Positions 9,685-18,415 of a stretch of DNA of 64,000 nt are shown piece after piece. The stretch spans positions 5,359 to 69,358 of the forward strand of contig JBHHUN010000004.1 in NCBI GenBank assembly GCA_046753765.1, read 5' to 3'. The first letter of the stretch is position 1, and the number at the start of each line of letters is the position of its first letter. This DNA comes from Candidatus Dojkabacteria bacterium. Its GTDB lineage: Bacteria > Patescibacteriota > Dojkabacteria > B142 > OLB20. The translations under genes and the position numbers were made by a program. Under the pieces are notes generated by a model. It saw only the letters and a program-made list of their open reading frames with translations, had not been told where the DNA came from and made no database searches.

Positions 9685-11505
9685 ATGGCAAACGATAAAT
9701 TAGAAGACTTCAAAGACTCGATCCCTGACTATGTCAAGGATCAAGAAGACTTCAAACTATACAAGATAAGGCACTCCGCTGAGCATATCTTCAGTCAGGC
9801 TGTTGTTGAGCTTTTTCCAAATAAAGTCAAACGAGCCCTTGCTCATCTGTCAGAACGTGGATTCTCGAGCGATGCACATTGGGACATGAAGGTTACAACA
9901 GATGATTTCAAGAAGATAGAAGACAAGATGCAAGAGATCATTGATAAAGACCTACCTATTAGAAGAGAGGAGATCTCCATCAAAGATGCACAAAAACTCT
10001 TCAAAGATAACAAGTTCAAACTGGAATGGATTCAGAAATTCGCGTCAGAAGCAAAAACCATAGCCGTATACTGGACAGGGGATGATTTCGTTGATCTTTG
10101 TAAGGGCCCCCATCTTGATTCAACTGCAGACATTAAAGCATTTAAACTGCTAAGTGTCGCCGGGGCATACTGGAAAGCTGACGAACGCAATGAGATGCTG
10201 GTGAGAGTTTACGGTACAGCATTCGCAACAAAAAAAGAGCTCAATGAATACCTGGAGAAGCGAGAGCTTGCAAAAGAGCGTGATCACCGAAAACTGGGTC
10301 GACAGCTAGATCTGTTTACACTCTCTGACCTGGTTGGCTCAGGTCTTCCGATGTTTACACCAAGAGGAACTGTTCTCAGAGATGAGCTTAACAAATTCTC
10401 ACAGGGCCTGCGTGCAGAGGTAGGATTTTCAAGAGTGTGGACGCCACATATCACCAAAACTGATCTATACAAAACTTCTGGGCACTGGGAGAAGTTTGGT
10501 GATGAGTTATTTCTGGTAAAAAGCCAGGAGACCGATGACAGGATGGTTCTAAAACCAATGAACTGTCCGCACCACCAACAGATATATGCTTCTAAGCCGA
10601 GAAGCTACAGGGATCTTCCACTTAAATACATGGAGACTACAACAGACTACCGTGACGAAAAGACTGGCGAGTTGCTGGGTTTATCGCGTGTGAGGTCGCT
10701 TACCCAGGATGACAGCCATGCTTTTGTGACTCCTGACCAAATCGAAACTGTCTTCCAGGAGCTGATCGATCTCACCGAAAAATTCTTTCAAACCCTTGGG
10801 CTGACTTATAAAGTGAGGCTCTCCTACTGGGATGCGAATGAACCCGAAAAGTATCTTGGTGATAAAAAACTGTGGGAGAAAGCCCAGGCAATCCTGCTCA
10901 AGATAGCAAAAAGAAGCAACTTTGAATACTACGAAGCACAGGGAGAAGCGGCATTCTACGGCCCAAAGATGGACTTTATGGTTTACGATGCCCTTGGACG
11001 TGAATGGCAGCTTGCAACACCTCAGCTGGACTTCAATCAACCATCCAGATTTGGCTTAACTTACACCGATTCAGATGGAGAAGAGAAAACACCCGTGATG
11101 ATTCACTACGCCCTCATGGGCTCTATCGAAAGATTCCTGTCGGTCTATATTGAGCACACTGGCGGTGCCTTTCCAGCGTGGGTTGCCCCTGAGCAGGTAC
11201 GAATCATTCCAATCAGCGATGACAACTCAAAATATGCTGAACGGCTACAGCAAAAGATGTCAGAGAAAGAGATCAGGGTCGAAATTGACCAGGATAGTGA
11301 GCGCATGCAGGCAAAAGTAAGAAAAGCACAAGAGCTCAAAGTACCGTACATGCTTATAGTTGGAAAACAAGAGGAAGAGGCAAGCACAGTCTCCCTTCGT
11401 TACCGTGACGGAAAAGAAGTCAGAGGTGTCGCCTTTAAGGACTTTCTAGGAGCACTGCAGAAAAATATCAGCAATCGGGAGAGGGAATTAGAGTTGAATC
11501 TCTAA
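9685..11505 (+). CDS. thrS: Threonyl-tRNA synthetase, lacking the N-terminal TGS domain
   Basis: 606 aa. It has the class II aaRS core with the ThrRS signature HRKLGRQLDLF. The editing-domain HxxxH (RHSAEHIF) is present and a C-terminal anticodon-binding domain is present. The N-terminus starts directly in the N2 domain. Confidence 0.9.
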   Translation: MANDKLEDFKDSIPDYVKDQEDFKLYKIRHSAEHIFSQAVVELFPNKVKRALAHLSERGFSSDAHWDMKVTTDDFKKIEDKMQEIIDKDLPIRREEISIKDAQKLFKDNKFKLEWIQKFASEAKTIAVYWTGDDFVDLCKGPHLDSTADIKAFKLLSVAGAYWKADERNEMLVRVYGTAFATKKELNEYLEKRELAKERDHRKLGRQLDLFTLSDLVGSGLPMFTPRGTVLRDELNKFSQGLRAEVGFSRVWTPHITKTDLYKTSGHWEKFGDELFLVKSQETDDRMVLKPMNCPHHQQIYASKPRSYRDLPLKYMETTTDYRDEKTGELLGLSRVRSLTQDDSHAFVTPDQIETVFQELIDLTEKFFQTLGLTYKVRLSYWDANEPEKYLGDKKLWEKAQAILLKIAKRSNFEYYEAQGEAAFYGPKMDFMVYDALGREWQLATPQLDFNQPSRFGLTYTDSDGEEKTPVMIHYALMGSIERFLSVYIEHTGGAFPAWVAPEQVRIIPISDDNSKYAERLQQKMSEKEIRVEIDQDSERMQAKVRKAQELKVPYMLIVGKQEEEASTVSLRYRDGKEVRGVAFKDFLGALQKNISNRERELELNL

Positions 11506-11557
11506 CTATTCACCTGATCAGAAAATTGCTAAGATAGAGTATCGTTAAAGATGCTCT

Positions 11558-11932
11558 GTGGCCAAGGATAAAACAAAGAAAAAAAACAGATCAAGAAAGA
11601 CACCCATCTCTAAGATGGATGTGCTCGAAGGAGAGATTCGAAGGCTGAACCATACTATGCGGAAGCGCAATAACTACTACAAACGCTCGCAAGTGATTAT
11701 CCGCGGTTTGATTCAAGGAATCTTTACAGCCCTTGGAGCTACAATTGGCTTCACACTCGTTATACTGATTCTCGCATCTTTCATCAGAACTATCAGCGCA
11801 GTCCCCTTCATTAACAATATCCTTGATCAAACAGGTATATCCCGGATCATTGAATACCAACTGGACGAAATCGAACAGGTTGATACTACCCCAACCCCCA
11901 CCCCTGAGAATCCGACCAACAACACAGACTAG
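11558..11932 (+). CDS. Hypothetical small membrane protein
   Basis: 124 aa. Basic N-terminus, one hydrophobic TM segment, and a PT-rich C-terminus. Confidence 0.35.
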   Translation: MAKDKTKKKNRSRKTPISKMDVLEGEIRRLNHTMRKRNNYYKRSQVIIRGLIQGIFTALGATIGFTLVILILASFIRTISAVPFINNILDQTGISRIIEYQLDEIEQVDTTPTPTPENPTNNTD

Positions 11933-11976
11933 TTTTTTTTATCCGAGCTGATGTAATATAATTACTGGACGAATAT

Positions 11977-11991
11977 TTGCGGGCGTAGTAT
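11977..11991 (+). repeat. 15-bp direct duplication (TTGCGGGCGTAGTAT) of the tRNA-Trp 5' end
   Basis: The sequence is identical to 12072-12086. The intervening ~80 bp contain a hairpin (CCCGAC...GTCGGG) and a tRNA-like fragment GGCGTAGCTCA. Confidence 0.6.
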
Positions 11992-12073
11992 CCCGACCTC
12001 CCCACGGTCGTCGGGACTGGCGTAGCTCACATTCACTCCGAAATGAGTTTAAACTAGTTGATCATTACAACTT

Positions 12074-12148
12074 GCGGGCGTAGTATAGCGGCCATTATGT
12101 CAGTTTTCCAAACTGAAGATACGGGTTCGATTCCCGTCGCCCGCTCCA
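12074..12148 (+). tRNA. tRNA-Trp (anticodon CCA)
   Basis: Manual cloverleaf. The acceptor GCGGGCG pairs with CGCCCGC. The anticodon stem is TCAGT/ACTGA with loop TTCCAAA, giving anticodon CCA. The T-arm is ACGGG-TTCGATT-CCCGT and a CCA end is encoded. Confidence 0.8.
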
Positions 12149-12186
12149 AGCATTACTTTACATATTATCGCTTCGGTGGTATTGCC

Positions 12187-13122
12187 ATGAGACTAAAGAA
12201 ACTTCTTGTTACAAACATTACTGAGAAAGAACTGTCCAAAGACAACTGGGATAGATTGTCCAAAATCTTTCATGAAATAGTTTTCAAGAAAGCCGAAGAT
12301 TCTGATCTTGAAGGGGAACTCAAAAACACTGATGCAATCTTTTCGAAGTTTAATGCTATAGATGCAAATATCATTTCCAAGTCTCCAAATCTGAAGTACA
12401 TCGGTATCTTTGCTACTGGAACTGGACACGTTGACTTAGAGTTGGCTTCAAAAAAAGACATTACAGTTACAAACATCCCTGGCTACTCTACCGAATCGGT
12501 TGCTGAATTCACGATTGGAGTAATCCTGGAACACCTGCGTGAGTTAAGAAAAGCGAGATCAGAGGGAGCGAAAGGAAACTACTCCGAGGATAACTTTTCA
12601 GCCAAAGAGATACGGGGAAAGGGGTTTGGTGTAATCGGACTTGGACGAATTGGTATGCGAGTAGCAGAATTAGCCGATGCATTTGGTGCAGACGTGAGTT
12701 ACTATTCAAAAACAAAAAAAGAGACGACCTTTGCGGATTATGCTGAGCTAGACCAGTTAGTTGCTAATAACGACATCATTTCACTAAACCTTGCTCTGAC
12801 CTCAGACACAAGAAACGTTATCGACAGCAGTCTCCTCAATAGTATTAAATCAGGTGCCATCCTGATCAATACAGCCCCAATGGAAATAATTGACCTTGAT
12901 GCACTCATTGCCAGGTTAAAAAAGGGAGACATCACTTTCATCTGGGATCATCCAGATGAAATGTCAGAAGAAAACCTAAATATGTTGACACCTCTCAAAA
13001 ATGTGATAACTTACCCTCCGATAGGTTATATCAGTGAGGAAGCTACCAAGGCGAAAAAAGACATCTTTATTGCAAATGTTGAAAGCTTTATTGATGGAAA
13101 AAAGTTGAATGTAGTTAACTAA
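12187..13122 (+). CDS. D-isomer-specific 2-hydroxyacid dehydrogenase family (phosphoglycerate/glycerate dehydrogenase-like)
   Basis: NAD-binding motif GVIGLGRIGMRVAELADAFGADV. The start was moved from 12058 to the internal Met at 12187 (MRLKKLL), because the ORF extension overlaps the tRNA. Confidence 0.65.
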   Translation: MRLKKLLVTNITEKELSKDNWDRLSKIFHEIVFKKAEDSDLEGELKNTDAIFSKFNAIDANIISKSPNLKYIGIFATGTGHVDLELASKKDITVTNIPGYSTESVAEFTIGVILEHLRELRKARSEGAKGNYSEDNFSAKEIRGKGFGVIGLGRIGMRVAELADAFGADVSYYSKTKKETTFADYAELDQLVANNDIISLNLALTSDTRNVIDSSLLNSIKSGAILINTAPMEIIDLDALIARLKKGDITFIWDHPDEMSEENLNMLTPLKNVITYPPIGYISEEATKAKKDIFIANVESFIDGKKLNVVN

Positions 13123-14309
13123 CTATTAGCTCTCGTTTCTCTCCTTAACACTAAACTCAATGCCAGCGGCACTACTATTACTAAGCTAGCTACCCCTATT
13201 AAAAAATAGTAACTGGAAACACTGTTCGCTTCAGCAAATACACCTCCAAAATAAACAGCAATAACATATACTAGCGAGGCCAGGAGGTTCAGCGTTGAGA
13301 GTGCCGTAGCCCTGTATCTGGATGAGAACCGTTTGTTAAGCGGGTAGCCGATAAAGATCTGAAATGATCCCGACGGGATTGCAATACCAAAGATCATAAT
13401 GACCACTGCCGGGTAGCTCAGAAACTGTACTGGAATCAACGTAACGACAAACAGTACCGGCAGAATAAGAATAAAGTATTTTGAATTGAAGACCTTTTTA
13501 TTTCTCGCCAGATACAAAGTCAAAAGGCCAACTGTCAATTTAATTCCTGAGGATAACCAGGACCTCGTTACAGTATCCAAATTGATCTCAACTAGAAATT
13601 TCTGTGCGAAAAAGCGATGATTAGACATTGCAAACCCACCAACCAACACAAACAGTAGTGAGAGTCTGCTTAAGTAACTCGACTTAAAAGCTTCTTTGAT
13701 GCCTTGGGTTGTTTGCTTAACATAACCTTTCAAACTGAACTTATAAGTGTCAATTTTGGGCTCTATCATTAGAAGTGGAAAGATCACTCCAACAATAGAT
13801 ACTATGCCTCGTAACAGATACGGAATTTTAATATTGAACTCATACAAGTACCCACCAACTAGTATGGCAACTACAGCAGTTGTTTGAAAGATCAATGACG
13901 TATTCGCGGCTATTCTAGGGTAGTCATCTTCACGATTGAGCTGCTTGAGGGTATCATACAAAAGCGCGCTGTTTGATCCCGAGATCATCGAAACACCAAC
14001 ACCAAACAAAATGGAATAAGCAAACATAATTTCATAGGAAGGCCAAAGAAGTGCCAGAAAAGCAAAACCCACCAGGGCGGAACCTATGCTCATTGAAATT
14101 CTTCGGCTAATCAGATCTCCAATTATACCTGTGGGCAGCTCAAACAAGATCAGCACGAGCCAAGAAAAAGCTCCAAAAAACGCGATCTGCTCAAAGCTTA
14201 AGTAGGTTTCTTGATACACAACCCAGATAGCAACGAAAAAAAGCGATGCCCTGCTCGCCTGGAACAGATAGTAAAGGGGAATATTTCTTTTAAGGCCATG
14301 TTGCTCCAT
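13119..14309 (-). CDS. Polytopic membrane transporter (MFS-like)
   Basis: 396 aa, about 12 predicted hydrophobic helices. Its 3' end overlaps the convergent dehydrogenase gene by 4 nt. Confidence 0.45.
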   Translation of the reverse strand: MEQHGLKRNIPLYYLFQASRASLFFVAIWVVYQETYLSFEQIAFFGAFSWLVLILFELPTGIIGDLISRRISMSIGSALVGFAFLALLWPSYEIMFAYSILFGVGVSMISGSNSALLYDTLKQLNREDDYPRIAANTSLIFQTTAVVAILVGGYLYEFNIKIPYLLRGIVSIVGVIFPLLMIEPKIDTYKFSLKGYVKQTTQGIKEAFKSSYLSRLSLLFVLVGGFAMSNHRFFAQKFLVEINLDTVTRSWLSSGIKLTVGLLTLYLARNKKVFNSKYFILILPVLFVVTLIPVQFLSYPAVVIMIFGIAIPSGSFQIFIGYPLNKRFSSRYRATALSTLNLLASLVYVIAVYFGGVFAEANSVSSYYFLIGVASLVIVVPLALSLVLRRETRANS

Positions 14310-14387
14310 TAACTTCCTGTTAGCTCTGTTTCAAATCCAACTCAAGTTTCGTAAGTAATGTTTCGATATTCTTAAAGTACTGAATCT

Positions 14388-14807
14388 TCAACCAACCAAT
14401 CCCTCGATCGAGTAAATAGGCTTTTTCTGGCGATATGCGATCGCTACCTCCTGCAGACTCCCACTCCCACCACCCAGCAAGATCAACGCGTCACACATGG
14501 TCACAATCAGAGTCGACTCCCCTATCATATTCATACCTGAAACAACCTCAACACACAAGTGCTGGTTGCCTTTGCTCCTTCTTTTATTCTCAGGAGTTAC
14601 ACCAACGGAAATACCTCCAGCTTCCTGACAACCTCTATTAGCTGCCTCCATAACACCCGAGCCACCCCCCGTTACTACAATCCAATCAAGTTTTCCGATT
14701 TCAGAACCAAGTTCGTATGCAAGATCGTAGACTTCGTAGTTGACCTTTCCTTTGGGAACTTCTGAGTCTGGGGCCCCGAACCCGATTATACCGATCTGAT
14801 GCTTTGA
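14388..14807 (-). CDS. LOG-family protein (TIGR00730-like Rossmann fold; cytokinin riboside 5'-monophosphate phosphoribohydrolase-like)
   Basis: Motifs IGIIGFG...VVTGGGSGVMEAANRGCQEAGGISVGV. The start is likely the internal Met (MSKHQIG) rather than the ORF-track start at 14915. Confidence 0.6.
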   Translation of the reverse strand, partial: SKHQIGIIGFGAPDSEVPKGKVNYEVYDLAYELGSEIGKLDWIVVTGGGSGVMEAANRGCQEAGGISVGVTPENKRRSKGNQHLCVEVVSGMNMIGESTLIVTMCDALILLGGGSGSLQEVAIAYRQKKPIYSIEGLVG

Positions 14808-14955
14808 CATACCCGTAAAATATTTCTGAGCAAGTATATCAGATTTTATTTCAAGGCAGCTAATATCACGGATCAGAGAGTCTGCCCACCTAAATTTGAA
14901 ATACGGAGCGAACAAGCATTATACTGGTATACTTGCTTTGGAAATTATGTAACTA

Positions 14956-16383
14956 ATGCTGAAAAACCTTTTCATTCCAAATCAGACAAACAAGTACACA
15001 CCGCACCTTCTGAGCAAAAGTGCTCTGCTTGTTTATCTGGCAGTGCTTATCATCTTCAACTTTACCATCGCACAGCTACCCTTTGCAGATGCTGGTGCTA
15101 TAGTTGATGCTCAAACCCTATACAATTTCCACAACAATGAGCGCGAGCGGGTTGGTCTTTCCAGGCTTACTATCAACTCAGACCTCATCTCTTCTGCGAC
15201 AAGTAAGGCACAGGAGATGCTGGCGGCCAACTGCTGGTCACACTTCTGTCCTGAAGGTAAGTCACCGTGGACGTTTTTTGATGAGGTTGGATACAGGTAC
15301 ATATTTGCCGGGGAAAATCTCGCAGAGGGCTTTGAAAACAATGAAACCGTGATGAAGGCCTGGATGAACAGCCCAACACACAGAGATAATATTTTAAAGG
15401 CGGAGTTTGATGAGATTGGCATCGGGTTTGCAACAGGCAGCTTTCAGGGCATAGCTACCAACACAATTGTAGTCGTGCATTTTGGATCCCGTAGTGAAAC
15501 GCTCAACAGTCTTCCAGCAAGCGAACAGCTTGATCTGGATTCTGAGACTGTAACTATCGAAAGTCCAACTAATGGAGCCCATATTAAAAATCCGGAATTC
15601 GAAATAGCCGGTCAAACCCCAGTAGGATCTACAGTAGAGCTGAAAGCTAACAATAAGAGTCTTGGAAGTGTCGATGCAGAAGGAGGCAACTTCACATTCC
15701 GGCCACCAAGCGCACTCGATGACGGTGGATATGGATTAATCGCCACTGCCTTCGACAACAACAGTACCACCTTGGGAATCTCATCAAAAGTAGAAGTAGT
15801 TGTAGACACAGTCGCCCCAAGCCTGGTCGACAATTCACTTCTTGTCAACTCACTGAATTTCTCCGATCAAATGGTAATAGTCTCCGTCCGTACACAAGGA
15901 GAGCCGATCATACTTTCAACTAATATTCCCAATGTCAGTTTCAGTAATATTTCAGAAGATAATTGGGAGACAGAGGTCCCTAGAGCAGAACTTGAATCGA
16001 AAGCTAACTTCACCATTGAAGCCATCGACAGAGCCGGAAATAAAAGTAAAACCGAATTCCCAAGTGCATCACTGCTTGCAGAAGTGCTAGCCTTTGATGC
16101 TGTACAACCCGGTGAGGGGACATTCGCTTCAAGCAACATTGTCATCAGTTTCTTTGATAACCTTCTTGGGAAAGACTTAAAAGTGAAGGTCAACCTCATT
16201 TTTATTGTATTTCTTGGCATCCTTTTTGGAGCTGATTTTTACGTTCTCTCAAAAGCCGGCCTCACAGGTATAAGGAGATCAAAATCACATCTGCATATCT
16301 CTGCGGTTGTCATACTTATTATAATTGCCCTAATCGGTGGCCTTTCAGGTAGCGTTCTGACAGGCATACAGTTTTTGAGATGA
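14956..16383 (+). CDS. CAP/SCP/PR-1 domain protein with Ig-like repeats, membrane anchored
   Basis: N-terminal TM helix, then a CAP-domain signature (NFHNNERERVGL...AWMNSPTHRDNIL). Beta-rich repeats follow, and there are two C-terminal TM helices. Confidence 0.55.
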   Translation: MLKNLFIPNQTNKYTPHLLSKSALLVYLAVLIIFNFTIAQLPFADAGAIVDAQTLYNFHNNERERVGLSRLTINSDLISSATSKAQEMLAANCWSHFCPEGKSPWTFFDEVGYRYIFAGENLAEGFENNETVMKAWMNSPTHRDNILKAEFDEIGIGFATGSFQGIATNTIVVVHFGSRSETLNSLPASEQLDLDSETVTIESPTNGAHIKNPEFEIAGQTPVGSTVELKANNKSLGSVDAEGGNFTFRPPSALDDGGYGLIATAFDNNSTTLGISSKVEVVVDTVAPSLVDNSLLVNSLNFSDQMVIVSVRTQGEPIILSTNIPNVSFSNISEDNWETEVPRAELESKANFTIEAIDRAGNKSKTEFPSASLLAEVLAFDAVQPGEGTFASSNIVISFFDNLLGKDLKVKVNLIFIVFLGILFGADFYVLSKAGLTGIRRSKSHLHISAVVILIIIALIGGLSGSVLTGIQFLR

Positions 16384-17198
16384 AGAATATCTTTCACTGG
16401 AAAAAAAGACCCTTTGTGTATGCGATTATTATTACTGTCGGATTCGCATTTCTGATAAGCATCCTCGAAAATCTCTCAGACGGGTTTTTCTTTATGGGGG
16501 CAATAGCTCTCTACTTCGTCCTGCTATTTGAACTTTTTATCACTATCTCCTACGCTAAGCGCTTGCTTGACCAGTTCGAACTTCCCCAGGTCAACAGTAA
16601 GCATGTTCAGGTACAACTGGTACATCATCTAGTACTACCCTCGCTAGCGTACTACAGTCTGATTGCGTACCTATTTTTTAACCATCAACTTTCTCTCAAA
16701 CTGCTCACACTCGCGCTGGTTTTTGTTATCTTTGCAATTCTCTTTACAAATATTCGCGCCTTATATGAAGACAAATACAAATTAGAGCAATCGACTCATA
16801 GCATCTATGACGCCATCATGATACTAACTGCATTTCTTGGAACAGATGCATTATTGAACTCACTCAGCTTTATTGGTTCACCAACTATTTTGATATTGTT
16901 GTCAGTCACTGCACTTCTCGCTCTTCTCGGGGTGCTTGTAATCGTCAGATATCAGCTGCTCAAACCGATTTTTGTACTTGAACTTGTTATTACAATAATT
17001 CTATTCAACATTGTCTTGTATATCCTGCTTAGTATTGGATTGGCTGTATTCATCACCTCCTTCTTATCCACGCTGTTTTTCTATTACATCCTTGCTTTTC
17101 TCAGTCATCTTCACGAAGGAACAGCCAGTAAAAAAATTCTCATTGAATACGTTATAGTGTTTGCGATAATGATCGTAGTTTTATATGGTCTGATTTAA
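16380..17198 (+). CDS. Hypothetical polytopic membrane protein
   Basis: 272 aa, highly hydrophobic. It overlaps the upstream gene by 4 nt (ATGA). Confidence 0.4.
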   Translation: MKNIFHWKKRPFVYAIIITVGFAFLISILENLSDGFFFMGAIALYFVLLFELFITISYAKRLLDQFELPQVNSKHVQVQLVHHLVLPSLAYYSLIAYLFFNHQLSLKLLTLALVFVIFAILFTNIRALYEDKYKLEQSTHSIYDAIMILTAFLGTDALLNSLSFIGSPTILILLSVTALLALLGVLVIVRYQLLKPIFVLELVITIILFNIVLYILLSIGLAVFITSFLSTLFFYYILAFLSHLHEGTASKKILIEYVIVFAIMIVVLYGLI

Positions 17199-17215
17199 TT
17201 CTTAGCTTTTGCACT

Positions 17216-17800
17216 ATGGTAGATACACAACTCACCAGCAGAAACATCAAACTGGATGAGGATACAAAGTCATACATTGAAGAGAAGATTAGTAAGCACT
17301 CAAAACTTCTCGAGAAAGCGACGAGTATCTCTGTTGTTGTTGATAATAACCGCTCTCACAGGGGGGTAAAACGTGATTTTAAGATTGAGGTCTCAGTCAA
17401 TATGCCACACACCTTCATAAGGGTGGAGCAGAAGGGAAGCAACTTCAAAGAGATGACAGACATTCTCGAACAAACACTCAAGAGGAAACTCAGAAGGTAC
17501 TTCGATCAGTTTCAGCGCTGGGAGAAAAAGATCCCCTGGAAGGTCAAAGAGATCAATACCGAACTTGAGGAGATCCAGAACATGGAAGAGGAGGATTCAT
17601 ATGCTGACTACGTACCAGTGATCAAAACTAAGCAATATGACGACGAAGCTCCTATACATCCTGCTGAGGCAATAGAACGGATGGAGCTCATAGGTCACAG
17701 CAGTTTTCTGTTTAAAAATATAGATAGCGGAAAATACTCAATGCTATACAAAAGGGAAGATGGTGGTTACGGCATGGTCGAGCCCCAGAAAGGTACTTAA
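17216..17800 (+). CDS. hpf: Ribosome hibernation promoting factor (long HPF/RaiA family)
   Basis: 194 aa. The N-terminal S30AE domain reads NIKLDEDTKSYIEEKISK...ISVVVD. A C-terminal dimerisation domain is present. Confidence 0.7.
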   Translation: MVDTQLTSRNIKLDEDTKSYIEEKISKHSKLLEKATSISVVVDNNRSHRGVKRDFKIEVSVNMPHTFIRVEQKGSNFKEMTDILEQTLKRKLRRYFDQFQRWEKKIPWKVKEINTELEEIQNMEEEDSYADYVPVIKTKQYDDEAPIHPAEAIERMELIGHSSFLFKNIDSGKYSMLYKREDGGYGMVEPQKGT

Positions 17801-18408
17801 TGGATACTTCTCATCATAGAGTATTTCTGGCATTTCGTTTTCCCAAAAACGTGAGGGACTTCCTGAGGGATAACATTCGACATCTGAGTAAAAGGGATCG
17901 AAAGCTACGTTTTGTTAATATCGATCAACTTCACTTAACTCTACAATTCCTGGGGGATAATGTAAGTACCGAGAGCCTCGTGGCAGTTTCTGAAGTTTTA
18001 AAACGGCTCGCTTCTACTCTAGCCAGTCCAGAGATCAAAATCACAAACAGTAGCTTTGGGTTCCCCGGTCAAACAGTACCCAGGGTTGTATTTTGGGATG
18101 TCGAGCACACGAAATCACTAGTAGATTTCACTAAGACGGTACACGACAGCGTCCGCGATTTAGATTTACCTGATGTTAAACGTCAGAAAGACCACTCTAA
18201 ACTCATTCACCATATTACGATAGCCAGGGTCAAAAACTCGATCAGCAGAGGTGAAGCTCGGAGACTGAGAACAATTATAGGAGACTTCAATCAAGCTTTG
18301 CCCGAACCTTTTAAACCCAAGAGCCTTGATATCATTGAAAGCAGCCTCACAAAAAAAGGAAGCTCCTACAAATTGTATGAGAGCTTCCCACTCAATTCTC
18401 GAATTTAA
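17800..18408 (+). CDS. 2H phosphoesterase (RNA 2',3'-cyclic phosphodiesterase ThpR/LigT-like)
   Basis: Two H-x-T/S-x motifs (HLTLQFLG and HHITIARV) are separated by about 90 aa. The start overlaps the hpf stop. Confidence 0.6.
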   Translation: MDTSHHRVFLAFRFPKNVRDFLRDNIRHLSKRDRKLRFVNIDQLHLTLQFLGDNVSTESLVAVSEVLKRLASTLASPEIKITNSSFGFPGQTVPRVVFWDVEHTKSLVDFTKTVHDSVRDLDLPDVKRQKDHSKLIHHITIARVKNSISRGEARRLRTIIGDFNQALPEPFKPKSLDIIESSLTKKGSSYKLYESFPLNSRI

Positions 18409-18415
18409 CTGCTTT

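Noticed and set aside
12058-12186. N-terminal 43-aa extension of the dehydrogenase ORF (MIITTCGRSIAAIMSV...)
   Set aside because: The extension is a translation of the tRNA-Trp gene, and the true start is the internal Met at 12187.
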